A DNA stretch of 64,000 nucleotides from Octopus sinensis (GCF_006345805.1 NC_043010.1:53878001-53942000); one strand, 5' to 3'. Counted from the stretch's first letter, positions 26,139-39,935 are shown. The notes: generated from the sequence alone by a model not told the origin. A program made the numbers and translations.

Positions 26139-26515
26139 TGATATATATGGAAAAAGTCAAGGTAGTAAATGCTACAATGATTTTATAAAAAAAAACATTT
26201 CAGTACCGGTTTCAGACATTGAGACTTTTTCAACTGTAAGTATGGAAAATAATTAAATTTTGGAAAAATTTATAGAAAAGTTTTTAAAAAGAATATGTGT
26301 ATAGTATTCAAATACAAGGGTTATTTTCCTTGTTTCTGCCCGTGTATTTGAATACTATACAAATATTCTTTTTAAAAACTTCTCTTTTAAATTTCCGAAA
26401 TTAAAATTTTCCCATACTTATACTTGAAAATGTTTCAATGTCAGAATCCGGTACTGAAATGTTTTTTATAATATTATTTTAGCATATTCTATATTGACTT
26501 TTTTCCATATGTATA
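26139..26515. mobile_element. fold-back Penelope-like terminal repeat (inverted arms of about 180 bp)
   Basis: 26139-26328 is the inverted copy of 26341-26515. Each arm carries a decayed hammerhead-like motif (cag-TTGAAAA-agtc..gtct-GAAA-CCG-GTA-ctg on minus at 26195-26233). Confidence 0.7.
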
Positions 26516-26537
26516 TACATATATATATATATATATA

Positions 26538-26765
26538 CACTCAAATGAATAATGAGAAAATGGAGAGGTAATTAATAAAATTTTATTTATTAATTATAAG
26601 ATATGACAACATCTCTGACCGGTGTTTCGATTCAGTAATCTTTAGATAAGTAATTTAGAAAATTATAATCATTATAAAATGAATCTCTTCAGAGTTGGTA
26701 AAGTTATACCGATTAGAAATACATATATTTTATTATCCCTTAATGAGGTTTATAACCTTTATTGT
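26538..26765 (-). mobile_element. Penelope-like 3' terminal fragment between (TA)n tracts
   Basis: Flanked by (TA)n and contains a hammerhead core. Confidence 0.65.
26606..26698 (-). ncRNA. type I hammerhead ribozyme fold, intact catalytic core
   Basis: caact-CTGAAGA-GATTCA-[45 nt]-TGAATC-GAAA-C-ACCG-GTC-agagatgttg. Stem II is a perfect 6 bp; stem III is minimal with palindrome ACCGGT; stem I is short and bulged. Confidence 0.75.
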
Positions 26766-26768
26766 ATA

Positions 26769-26808
<40 letters not shown>

Positions 26809-26985
26809 AACTTAGTTTGATTTGAAAACCTCACTAGAATGGGAGAAAGCGCTAATGATCTAAGTGATATGATATATATATATAAATAACTGTAAATATA
26901 AACCATCCGATCTTCTGAGTAGCTCAGTTATTCTAATATATATATATATATATGCATATCATTATTTCTAGTAACATTTCTTTAA

Positions 26986-27319
26986 AGTATAGGCTATTCG
27001 CCAACATAATGTGGCTCTCCTGAAATGGACGACGTTACTGTTGTTTTAGCCCCAAGCAACATCGTTTCTAACTGGCTATACGACACACTATCTGAGTCCT
27101 TATGTTTTCGAACACGGAGCTCAGCACTTTCACCTACCGCAACCCAACATCCGTGGACTAGTTTCTGGGTTATTGCCCTTCATAAACACAGAATAGCTGC
27201 TTTAGCCAGATGGCGTTGCTGAATTCACCGTTCGGACATATAATTTTCTTGGGGACGAAACAACAGGAAATAATGTCCCTTTCGGGACAGCCATATTACG
27301 TTGGCAAATAACCTTTACT
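26986..27319. mobile_element. non-autonomous DNA transposon with TTAA TSD and AG..CT termini (Kolobok-like)
   Basis: TTAA|AGTATAGGCTATTCGCCAACATAATGTGGCTCTCC...GGGACAGCCATATTACGTTGGCAAATAACCTTTACT|TTAA; imperfect TIRs of about 45 bp. Confidence 0.7.
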
Positions 27320-27647
27320 TTAAATATGTTTCGACAGTCGTCTCTATATGTTAAGAAATTCCAATTACCGGAGTAGGCCTGTGCTAGTAAATTTGCTTCC
27401 CAACCAGAAGGCTCTCCGTTCAGTCCTATTGCGTGACACCTTGTTCAAGTATAGTACTAAAGTAAACGACTTGAGGGTATCGGGTTTTAAAAAAGTGTCA
27501 AATTAAAAAAAAAAAAAAACTGGAGTCGATGTGTTCGAATTTAGATGGAGTACATTTGAATTCATGAAAGAAGCCACTTGAACTTAAAGCTTACCTATCT
27601 GCCAGTCTTCCTGCATGTGTGTATGTCTGTCTGTCTTATTTCTGTAT

Positions 27648-27868
27648 TGCCCACAAGGGGCTAAACACAGATAGGACAAACAAAAAGAGATAAGGAGATT
27701 AAGTCGATTATCTCGACACCAGTGCGTAACTGGTACTTAATCTATCGACCCCGAAAGGATGAAAGGCAAAGTCGACCTCGGCGGAATTTGAACTCAGAAC
27801 GTAAAAGAAAGCGAAAAAGCGATAAGCATTTCGCCCTGCGTGCTAACTTTTCTGCCACCTCGCCACCT
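27648..27868 (-). mobile_element. SINE family B
   Basis: Reverse complement of the family B core and tail. Confidence 0.88.
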
Positions 27869-27941
27869 GCCTGCCTTCTGTATATATATGCATGTCTATC
27901 TGTCTGCCTGCCTGCTTGTGTATCTGTCTATCTGTCTGCCA

Positions 27942-28135
<194 letters not shown>

Positions 28136-29602
28136 CATAATACACATCTGTCTGACTCTCTCTTCTGTACTTGAATAAACAAAATTTATGTTTATACATT
28201 CATTGCCCCATCTCTTCTCCTGTTATTATTTAAATTCGAAAAGCTGTACCTATCTTATTCAATTAAGAAAATATTTACTGATTTACCGAATTATCATAAT
28301 TAATATTTAATTCTGTATCACACAGTAGAGATCATACAGAAGAGATTTGATTAAGACTGAAGTGATAATATGTGATTGGAATTCAATTATTTTTATTTAC
28401 TTCAAAATAAGGAAATCTAATACGAAACAGATTGGCTGCGATTCTATTGATGGTGTTTTATTGCTTGAAAACAAGTAAAAATATAATAGATTCTCACTGG
28501 TACAGCAATAACAGAAATGGACACTCGACATAGATGCTTATAACTATAAGGTACTTCAAATCATCATTCATTATCTATTATTAGGTGTGTCCAGTAATGC
28601 GTGACAATGTTCGTCTCGGTATTCGGTGCTAAAAGTGATAGCGGAAAGAAGAATGCGAACTTTATATCGTATTCATTTCGACATATATACGCACACTACA
28701 AAATGGCCGCAAGCTAAACTAGGGAAATATATACAACGGAATAATTTCCGTGTACATTTTAGTTTAAAGCTTCTGTCAACAAAAACATATGAATAGATTC
28801 AACAAAACCTCTTTCTGTTTCTTCCTATCTCTCTCTTTTTCTATCTCTCTCTCTTTCTCTATCTCTTTCTATCTCTCTCTCTTTCTATCTCTCTATCTTT
28901 CTATCTATTTCTCTCCTTCTATCTATCTCTTTATAGCTATCTCTCTCGTTCTTACTCCCTCCCTTTCTATCTCTCTCTCTTTCTATATCTCTCACCCTTT
29001 CTATCTCTCTCCCTCTCTTACTCCCTCTTTCACCTCTCCTCCCTCTCTGTTTTCCTTATTTCAATAAACAAATATTGAATGAGTTCCATCTTTAATCTTT
29101 GTTTCTTTCCATTTCCCTTTTATAACTTGAATAGTTTTACCGTAACATATTTTCTATGAGTATATTCGTGATTACATATTCAGTAATATTCTATGAATAA
29201 ATACCGTATGAATGTATTCCTTAAACGTTCTCTCTTTCTAGCAACTTCTGTGTTGTACGTATCTGTACGTATCTTAACAAATCTATTTGAAACGCCGTCT
29301 TTCTGATATTACAGAGATTACTGTCTGATCTTTATTAATATTACATTCGATATCACATTGAAAAGATCAACGTAAAATCCTTAAGCGCTTATGTGTGTGC
29401 GAATGGAATATTCTTATGAATTTATAGTTATGAAATAATACAATTGTATTTTAAAGATAGAAATAAATACAAAATTATTCCCTTCCAAAACTAAAGCGAA
29501 TGAACCAATAACAAAGTCTTGTTTGCGTTATATAACTCATTGACTAATATAATTTTCGTCTTACCGCGAAAATGTATCCAGTTAGGTTTGTGTCGTTCCA
29601 TA

Positions 29603-29932
29603 CTGTTGTTGCTGGTTCTTTCTCGAGCCACGCCTGGCTCATTAGGGCCGGTTTCCCGGTTTCCTTGGCGTATAGGTTCCCCACCTGGACGGAAAGCCGG
29701 GTCCGTCGCAGGTGAGCTGCAAGATGCAGGAGGAAAGAGTGAGAGAGAAATTGTGGCGAAAGAGTCAGCAGAAACTCGCCATTCTGTCAGCAGAAGTTCG
29801 CGGATTCTGCCGGATCCGCATGGAGCTTAGGTGTTTCACTCATAAACACACCCATCGAATGGTCTGAGATTCGAATCCGCGCTCTCTCGACCTCAAGTCC
29901 GCTGCTCCAACCACTAGGCCATGTGCCTCCAC
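29603..29932 (-). mobile_element. SINE family D, copy 1 of tandem pair
   Basis: tRNA-like head GTGGAGGCACATGGCCTAGTGGTT..GATTCGAATC, body, tail GAAACCGGGAAACCGGCCC. Confidence 0.85.
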
Positions 29933-29964
29933 ACACACACAAACACACACATATATATATATAT

Positions 29965-30258
29965 CTTGTTTGTTCCTTCTCGAGCCATGTTTCCCGGTTT
30001 CCCGGTTTCCTTGGCGTATAGGTTCCCCACCTGGACGGGACGCCGGTCCGTCGCAAATGATCTGCAAGATGCAGGAGGAAAGAGTGAGAGAGAAATTGTG
30101 GCGAAAGAGTCAGCAGAAGTTCGTCATTACTTTCTTCCGGAGCCGCGTGGTGCTTAGATGTTTCGTTCATAAACACACTTATCGCCCGGTCTGAGATTCG
30201 AACCCGCGATCCCTCGACCGCGAGTCTGCTGCTCTAACCACTAGGCTTTGTGCCTCCA
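29965..30258 (-). mobile_element. SINE family D, copy 2 of tandem pair
   Basis: Same organisation as the adjacent copy, head to tail. Confidence 0.85.
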
Positions 30259-30277
30259 TGATGTTCTCTATAGGATT

Positions 30278-30663
30278 TTTTTTTACTTGTTTCAGTCATT
30301 TGACTGCGGCCATGCTGGAGCACCGCCTTTAATCGAGCAAATCGACCCCGGGACATATTCGTTTTGTAAGCCCAGTACTTATTCTATCGGTCTCTTTTGC
30401 CGAACCGCTAAGTAACGGGGACATAAACACACCAGCATCGGTTGCATCAAGCAATGCTAGGGGGGACAAACACACACACACAAACACACACATATATATA
30501 TAAACATATATACGACGGGCTTCTTTCAGTTTCCGTCTACCAAATCCACTCACAAGGCTTTGGTCGGCCCGAGGCTATAGTAGAAGACACTTGGGACAGT
30601 GGGAGTGAACCCGGAACCATGCGGTTGGGAAACAAGCTACTTACCACACAGCCACTCCTGCGC
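30278..30663 (-). mobile_element. SINE family A, full length with small deletion
   Basis: Matches the other family A copies. Confidence 0.9.
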
Positions 30664-32414
30664 CTATGTTAATAATGTACACTTAATGTACCGTGCTTGT
30701 ACAACGCATCGAGTAATTGGACATTCTAGTGAGTACATTTCTTCGAGGCCCTCCATGAACCCCTCTCTATTTCTGGTGAAATGTAAGCGTAAGATAGTTT
30801 TGCACGCACAAGTCATAACTTTGAAAAATATTACTGATTTTTATTTACGATTGAAGAACATTTCACTGTAGGAAGGTTTTCTTTTACTAAGGTAAAATAT
30901 ATTACAAAATTCGTTTTGAGCGAGATTTGAAGCTTTGTCTGGCGATATGATCTATTTTATAATACTCCTCATGGATTGTAACATATATCAGTTACAAATA
31001 CCATTTCTTACACAAACAGGCAAATAGGCTCATACACACACACACACACACTTACGCACACACGTACTCACACACATACACACGCACGCACATACGCAGA
31101 CACTCACACACATATACACACGTAGACACATTCACACACTCACGAACGCATACACACGCACGCACATATGTGCAAGTATACACATACACAAACACTTACA
31201 TATGCACGTATAGTGATATATAAAGGCATAACACACACATACACATATCTGTGAGTGTGTATATATATATGGACATCCATGTGTATATAAGAAGTGAAAC
31301 AAATTATCTGAAGTTGTTTCTAAAATAATTAGTTGCCTCCATCTTACGTTTATTTCATTTACATAAACAGATTATTAGTTACATATATATGAGTTACATA
31401 ATTGAGACTTATTGCCAAATCGTCAGAGTTGGGTAACAAATATTATATACACCGATTATCTAATTATCCTACATCTATTATTGACCATCCAGTTAGCAAT
31501 ATATTGCTTGGATTTCTAGCTATCGACCTAAGAACAAATGTGTATGGACAATGCCGAGTATTGCAATGACGCACTGTCGAGAAGTGGTTAGAAGGACAAG
31601 ACGAATAGATTCGTCAGAAGGACAAGTAATCCATATTTGAAAGATCAATCTTTCACATAATAAGCCCATTTAACCGACAACCAAGGCTGAAAAATAGTAT
31701 AAGGTCGAAACTGGAAACTAGTATTCTTAGTATCGAGCCTCAAACTAGAGAAGACTCTATGTCATATCGATTCATAACTAAAAAAATTGAAAATTTAAAG
31801 GCTCGGATAACGATTAACGTGAAGAATAACGACTTTTGAAGGGATTAGAAGACTGCTACGATCTTCCCATAGAATGTCTTTCGATATATATTCTAGTTGA
31901 CTTTGTCTAGGACTTCAGAGCTCATCGTGTGCAGCCTTGCCTTTCATTATGTCAGTGTTGAATTTACTTACTGCCATAGCGCTAGCGAAGCAAGTTCATT
32001 CTCCGTTTGTTCTTCCCTCCTCTCTCTCTCCCTCTCTTTTACTTTTTAAATACAACTTCCTGGGAACTTTTGATAAGCCCTGACTGAGAGAGCCATGAAT
32101 GACTGCAGCATTGTAAAACCCTGTTCAGCTTGTTTCGTAATCGAATTTTTGTGCTAAGCCTATTTGTACCTTCTCTGAGCATATTAATTAGCGCATTTCC
32201 TTATTCTGCTCAAAATACGGCTTATGATTTTTACTTCAGTAGTTCGTTGCATTATACTTAGGTGGTGTCTGGCAAAACTTCTCGAGTATCGGGAGAAAAT
32301 GTAGTCTGTGATTTACTTTCTCATTATAAGTTTTAAGTTCATATCCCGCCGTGATGAATAATTCATTTTACCATTCCGCGTTTGAAGAAATACAGCTCTA
32401 TTCTATGATAATAT

Positions 32415-32590
32415 CTGTCAGGTTTCGTCTGCCGTTACGTTATGAGTTCAAATTCCGCCGAGGTCGACTTTGCCTTTCATCCTTTCGGGGTCGATAAATT
32501 ACGCACTGAGATCGATATAATCGACTTAATCCGTTTGTCTGTCCTTGTTTGTCCCCTCTATGTTTAGCCCCTTGTGGGTAATAAAGAAAG
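32415..32590 (+). mobile_element. SINE family B, 5'-truncated
   Basis: Family B core and tail. Confidence 0.85.
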
Positions 32591-32807
32591 GATTTTGTAT
32601 TAGCGTCCAACCAAAATGTGTCGTATAATTTTGTAGAAACTTACAATGCAGGTATCTGAAGCTGGATTGTGTCTACCCAGCAGGATGTTGCTATGTTGAA
32701 AATACACAAAAGAATTCAAGAGGGAAACCACATTTGAATTTCTTGAGGAAATTCAAACACGAAACCTTTGCAATTATCAAAGAAAATGCTTGCTTGATTT
32801 CGTTCGT

Positions 32808-33044
32808 AGTAAGGCGGCGAGCTGGCAGAAACGTTAGCACGCAGGGCGAAATGCGTAGCCGTATTTCGTCTGCCGCTACTTTCTGAGTTCAAATTCCACC
32901 GAGGTCGACTTTGCCTTTCATCCTTTCTGGGTCGATAAATTAAGTACCAGTTACGCACTGGGGGTCGATGTAATCGACGTAATCCTTTTGTCGATCCTTG
33001 TTTGTCCCCTCTATGTTTAGCCCCTTTTGGGTAATAAAGAAATA
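32808..33044 (+). mobile_element. SINE family B, full length
   Basis: Head GTAAGGCGGCGAGCTGGCAGAAACGTTAGCACG, core, tail TTTAGCCCC..GGGTAATAAAGAAATA. Confidence 0.9.
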
Positions 33045-34359
33045 TTGATTTCGTTCGTAGCCTCGACATTACCATCTGCCAATACTTATTTTCTTAGCGA
33101 TATCACATTTGCGAAAATATGCTCCATACTCATCTATGTCAGTGTGCTCAGCCTTCTACCTACGTATGAGTGTTCACTTGCACGCTTGTGTGTATGTCTT
33201 TGTTTGTATTTCTACGAGTGTGTGCGTGTGTGTATGAGCTTGTGTGTGCGCGTAGGTGCTGAAAGTTTGACACATATTACGAGTTTTTCAGAAAAATGCC
33301 CGTTTCTTTACCTAACTTCTCCTGTACAGGTGTTATATGCAAAAAAGGAATCTCATATTTATTTTAATAAAGCGTATAAACATTTTATGCTTGTGATGTA
33401 GTTAAGGCAGTTAAATCTTATGTTCAAACTTATCTGTCAGCAAGATATTAAAAACATACAAAAAAAATACAGACTAGAACAAAGTTATAAAAAAATTCCA
33501 TATCAATGCCCCAATATAATTAGATGCGCACCGTTAGCAAATAGATATTTTTCTTATCACAGCGTCAATGAGATATAGGTTACCATGTATGAAGCGTTTG
33601 AAGTTAAATCTGAAGCGCACACGCATTACTAATCCGATCAATATCAAAGAGCATGTTTGATAAGAAGACGCCGCAGTCATATCTAATTTCATAGCAGAAC
33701 AAACATAGTAGATGTTTACTAGTTGCTCTGCTCGCGAACCACATTAATAATTGGAGCTCACCGCTGCTAAGGATTTCACCTCTCATGGGGACAAGATAAA
33801 CAGTCAGGCAAAATGAAAAGACCAGTTTATATTTTATACATACATAATTTTTTATGGTTAAACTTTTACGTTTTTTCTCAACATTGAAAAAATAGAAATG
33901 GCGGCTTTTTTCTTCTTTTTGAGTCAACTGCAGCTGCACAACCAACCATGATATGCATTCTGTCTATGAACAACCCATCTTCAGGTTCGATGCTCCAAAG
34001 GCCATATTGCCAAGTATATATTCATTTCAAGCTAAAGTTCGTTTAATAATTCATTACCCAATATGCTAGGCTATTTCAAGATAAAGAGAATCATATTTCC
34101 ATCATATTGCATAATACGGTGGAGTATGATAGGGATTTGGTTGCTATATTCAGCAGACCGTATCATTGCACTGTGTCCCTCTCACTGGTTCATATTGCGG
34201 CACATTTTATACTGTAGAAGAGACGCGTTGTTAATACAAGTTAAATAAATTATTGTTTCGCTTTTTTTCTTTCTCGATGCCATTTTCACTTATTTTTGAA
34301 TCTTATCGTTGAAATCATCATAAATTTTTAATGCTTTTCTTAAAGTATGTAGGTTCTTG

Positions 34360-34500
34360 TAAGGCGGTGCGTTGGCGGAATTGTTAACATACCGGGCAAA
34401 ATGTTTAGCGGTATTTTGTAGAAGACACTTGCCCAAGGTGCCACACAGTGGTACTGAACGCGGGACCATGTGGTTGGTAAGCAAGCTACTTACCACACAG
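34360..34500. mobile_element. fused SINE heads: family B (+) joined to family A (-)
   Basis: GTAAGGCGGTGCGTTGGCGGAATTGTT..GCGGTATTT followed directly by GTAGAAGACACTTGCCCAAGG..CTTACCACACAG. Confidence 0.7.
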
Positions 34501-35269
34501 ACATTCCTACGCCTATGCACAACCACAAACATTAATTAATTGCCCCTGACTTACAGTTATACATTCGGTCCTGAGGCTTCTTAGTTCAAACCCCAAAGTC
34601 GTCTGACTTGGAGGTTTGAGTCGAATTTCCTTTTCACTATTTAAGAATCGCTCATAAATGTATCAGCACTGGATAATAGTTTCGTAGTGGTGGGGGACAA
34701 ACTGCTTCGAGGTATTACGTCTGGGTTCTTATCGTCTGACTTCTTGAGTTTGAATCTTAATCCGTCACACGATTTAAAACTACTACTTGGTACTTTGGTA
34801 CATTCGGCGGAGTCCAATCTGTTGATTATGCTGGGATGTAAGAGTATTGTGCTCGGTTTATGAATATATGCTCAGTGTGAGAATAATGAGCTGTTTCTCC
34901 ACCAGATTAGGAGTCTCTGAACATTTGTCATTGAACAGGTCGTAAATATAATAGAAACGTGTTAAAATTGCGGTTAAGAGCCTTTAGGTTTTCTATAAAC
35001 TGCAAAGAATCTAGTGAATAAGTATCGAAAAATGAGCAACAGGTTGATGACATTCATTTAAAGTCCCTCGTATATGTACTTTCATCGACGTCATGAACTG
35101 TCATCATTGAAAATGCCTCTTCTTCATTGTGCTATAATACCTGAATTCAGAAAATGTTAAAACCAGAGCGCACATGCCAAATGTATTTCTACAAAGAAGA
35201 TATAATATAAATACGATTCGATTGGAGGGGAAATTATATTTTTATAGCTTATGTCGTTATTATTCTTAC

Positions 35270-35608
35270 TATCTTTCTTCTTTTACTTGTTTCAGTCATT
35301 TGACTGTGGCCATGCTGGAGCACCGCCTTTAGTCGAGCAAAATTAACCCAGAACTTATTTTTGAAGCCTACTACTTATTCTATCGGTTTCTTTTGCCGAA
35401 CCGCTAATTTACGGATACGTAAACACACTACCAACGGTTGCCAAGCGATGTTGCGGAGGACAGACACATAAACATATGCACACCTATACACACACATATA
35501 TATATATATATAAACATATATACGATGGGCTTCTTTCAGTTTCCGTCTACCAAATCTACTAACAAGGCTTTGGTCGGCCCGAGGCAATAGTAGAAGACAC
35601 TTGCCGAA
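35270..35608 (-). mobile_element. SINE family A lacking head
   Basis: Tail and body match; stops at GACACTTGCC. Confidence 0.87.
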
Positions 35609-36269
35609 GCTTCATTATTTCTTGTTGAATATACACAAATTCATAGAAATACAGAAACCACACAATAAATATCTACCAATTACCAAAATCTGTTCATTTG
35701 TTATCATTTAACACAAAGTGGATAAACAATTAGATGGAGGCAGAGGGGGATATTATTTTAGAAGGTACGATGCTTTAAACGTTTGCTTGAATATATTTCA
35801 GGGATAACATTTCCTTCTAAATCCTGTATTTGTCTTTGGTATTGTTTCCGTTGCTACAGACAGCACGGACAAACAAACAGACGTCCACGAACAGACAGAT
35901 GAAGAAAAATCATTAGTATACATACATATGTATGTATATGTGTGTACGCGTTTGTTGTGTGTGCATACATATATATATATATATATATATATACCTATAT
36001 ATAACCATATATACATGTGCTTGCCTGTGTATTTCTTTGAATGTAGGTAGGTGTGCAAGTTGAGATAAACATATACGTATTTATACGCACATTGGTGTAC
36101 GTATGTATACCTACACGGTCCAATCACATTCATAGAATAATTGCTCTCAACTACTTCAAATTATAGGTATGTTGATTCATTCGAAATAAAGTTCAACAAT
36201 ACACACCCGCGCGCGCACACACAGATATGTATATATATATATATATCTATATATATATATATATATAAT

Positions 36270-36313
<44 letters not shown>

Positions 36314-36532
36314 GTGTGTGGGTGTGGGGGGTATGTTTGTGTACATATATATTCACATGCGTACAAGACCATATATCAACAATATATATGCACATATATA
36401 TATACATACCTAAGTAGTTATACATAAATATACAGACACATATCGTACGCGTGTTTATATATTTGTTTGTGTACGAGTGTTTGTGTGTGCATATTTAATG
36501 TTCCTTCATCCATATAATGGTATATATATATG

Positions 36533-36609
<77 letters not shown>

Positions 36610-36644
36610 CATACATACATATATATATATTCTCTTCATCAATG

Positions 36645-36683
<39 letters not shown>

Positions 36684-37191
36684 GTATATATATATTTCCA
36701 TTTGACTCATATTTTTATTTGATGTGCTTCGACTGTATATCTATATATTTACTTATTTACATATAAACAAACACACACACACACATACATACATACATAC
36801 ATACATACACACAGAGGCATATATGTGCGTATGTTTGTACGTTGCCATTTTTGTAAAAGTTTGACTGATAATTATGACATGTTTAAAATGTTTCGCATCC
36901 ATAAATATTAACAATAGATATCAGTCATTTCAGGCAGTAATATGTTAATAAGCGGAATTAATTTTTTTGTTTCCTTTTTAACCTACGCACAAACATACAT
37001 ATGCTGAATGATTTTGATACAGAGACAGAGGTAAACACTGGAATAGAAAAAATAGTGAGACGTGCGGAAAAAAAGAAATTCTTTATTCATTTAAAATGTT
37101 TTTATATATTATTATATATTCACTTTCATTTTAACCACACACAAACATATATGAATGTATTTATTTGCGCATCTCTCTCTCTTTGTCTCTC

Positions 37192-37222
<31 letters not shown>

Positions 37223-37239
37223 CTCTTCCTCTCTCTCTC

Positions 37240-37272
37240 TCTATATATATACACACACATACATATATATAC

Positions 37273-37305
<33 letters not shown>

Positions 37306-37339
37306 CATACATATTTGTGCATTTGTGTAAATATAAATA

Positions 37340-37373
<34 letters not shown>

Positions 37374-37530
37374 GTATATATAGATACAAATATATATGTA
37401 TATATATATAATATATTACATACATATTGTGCATTTGTGTAAATATAAATATATATATATATATATATACATATATATATAATATATATAGATATATATA
37501 TGTATATATATATGTACATATACTATAAAC

Positions 37531-37595
<65 letters not shown>

Positions 37596-37703
37596 TACAT
37601 ATTTGTGCATTTGTGTAAATATAAATATATATATATTATACATATATATATATATATGTCTATATATATGTATCTATATGTACATATATACACATATATA
37701 TAA

Positions 37704-37738
<35 letters not shown>

Positions 37739-37878
37739 GTATATATATATCTATATACATACATATTTGTGCATTTGTGAAATAAAATATATATATATAT
37801 ATACATAATATATATATATGTATATATATTAGATATATATATGTACATATATACACATATATAGATATATATATATAC

Positions 37879-37923
<45 letters not shown>

Positions 37924-37925
37924 CT
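37240..37925. repeat. compound (TA)n array with four copies of a CATATTTGTGCATTTGTG(T)AAATAT island
   Basis: Islands at about 37308, 37423, 37598 and 37761. Confidence 0.9.
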
Positions 37926-38843
37926 GTCGGGTAGTTTTATTCGACAAATTGGCATAAATATGGTGCTATGTTAGTATCCACTCGCTCACGTACACACATA
38001 CTCATATAGTACACACAGAGAGACACAAACACATACACAGACAAACACACAAATATATTTGTCTATAAGTATGTATGCATGTGTATGTGTTTGTGTGTGT
38101 ACGAAAGTGTAAACGTGTGTGTGTGTTTTTACATAAATCTATATCTATATATATATATATACATTTTAACAACATATATGTTAATAGTTATCTAAATTAA
38201 CACTTTTATCGAGAGACCATTTATATTTCTACTTTAATGTGCAACACATATATTCATTTAAAATTTTTTTTCGGATTTTCCTTTGTTTCGAATGTCATTC
38301 TTAGACAGTGTTTGTTTCGTTTCAATATTTTATTTCTCCAAATATATCTTTCTACATATCTCTTGTCTCTGCAGCAAGAAATAAATTGTTTACTCTAAAT
38401 CTATAGACACTTTTATTTTTTATGTATTTATATAATTTAGAATTATAATGTCACGAAATGGAAGGAATTTTGGAGAAAATTGAATTGAAATTTGTTTTCT
38501 TGGTTTAATCTTAGAATGAAGAGCCCTTTCCATGATTATTTCCAAAGTTGTCCGCAATGATAGGAGGAATATTATCAATTTTTTATCAGATCTTACGAGA
38601 AAGTTTTCAATAAATTACATTCAACACTACGCTAACCTCACCAAAGTACTAAATGGTAGTCTAAATCGGGGGTACGTTTTAAAACTATCATTTAAGAACG
38701 ACAGTTGCTCATTCGATGACCTTCCTCATAATTCCACATGTAATAATTTTGTCGATCACTGTTCATAGTAGAATACACTTCTCTAAGTTACTGGTCTTCC
38801 AGATGGAAACCAAATCCCTTAGCTTACATGCATGCTTGATAGA

Positions 38844-39061
38844 TGAGGGGTTCCTGAAACGCTCCTGGCTTTAAGAGTATCGTGAAAGACCTGATAGAAG
38901 GCTCAACCTACCGATTTGTTTTTTACAGGGCTTAGAAAAACTGAAGGACCACTGCAATAACTGTGTGCATCTGAGAAGGGAATATGTTCAGTAAAATCTA
39001 AAAACTCATCCACGTATATTTTCTTTTTACCCAAAGCCAGGAACTTTTCAGCACTGCCTCG
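38844..39061 (+). mobile_element. mariner deletion derivative (MITE-sized)
   Basis: TIRs TGAGGGGTTCCTGAAACGCTCCTGGCTTT / AAAGCCAGGAACTTTTCAGCACTGCCTCG|TA; internal C-terminal peptide FLQGLEKLKDHCNNCVHLRREYVQ*. Confidence 0.75.
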
Positions 39062-39734
39062 TATTTTTGGACATAGAGGGTTATTCTGATAGACTGTAAA
39101 GACAAATCTGCTTCCACTCTATAGCCGTGAATCATTTTACGTCTATCAGATATACGAATTTAAAACAGGTAGGAAGATTTGTATAATGTAAATGTTTCAT
39201 ACTATTTCTGAACATTGTCGTCCATGTATTTAAATTTGAAATAAAAAATATTATTACTAGCTGAATTGCAGCGTGGAATAAAATAATTCTTCGTATTTGT
39301 TTAAGTTAGTTTGCTTTCTGAACTCCAATAACTCCGAATTCAACAGTCCGGTTCAAAATGATGTAATCGATAAAATATCATAGCACTTAAAGGATACAGC
39401 GGAATGGCTCCGTTAGGTTTAAATAGCCAGCTCAGGCCGTTTATTAAATGGTTGCCCGTAAGACACCGTCGGTAGGGAAGAAGACATGAATTTAATGAAA
39501 AAATATGAGGCAAGTACTGATTAGAGATAAACAACTGTATGGCGGCTGCTACAATATTTCTCTATTGCGCATATTTCACACGTTATTAATGGTCTTTCTT
39601 ACCTTTTGGTAGGCAAGAGACTTGAAAATTTGAAGGTGGGATTAATCGAATACATGAAAGGTTGATGAAATCGATTTACCCTTGCTGGCCTTGTGCCAAA
39701 ATTGGAAATCAATATTTATGTAAAATATTAAATG

Positions 39735-39935
39735 TGGCGACCTAGCAAGTTCGTTAATACGCCGAGCACAATGTTTTGCGGTGTTTCATCCGTCTGTACG
39801 TTCCTTGTTCAAATTCCGCCGAGGTCGACTTTGCATTTTATTCTGTCGATGTCAATAAAATTAATACCAGCTTAAAAGTAAGGTCGATGTAATCGACTGA
39901 TCCGCTTCTCTAAAATTACAGTTTTGTTTCAAAAT
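39735..39935 (+). mobile_element. SINE family B, diverged
   Basis: TTCAAATTCCGCCGAGGTCGACTTTGC core. Confidence 0.75.

Noticed and set aside
31535-31580. Minus-strand exon candidate (RHCNTRHCP or CVIAILGIVHTHLFL)
   Set aside because: Good acceptor but poor donor (GTCGAT) and ambiguous frame.
33762-33779. 18-nt microexon candidate
   Set aside because: The acceptor is a GAG with a competing AG immediately upstream.
34063-34248. 61-aa ORF in unique sequence
   Set aside because: No motif, no convincing splice pair, and two frames are open by chance.
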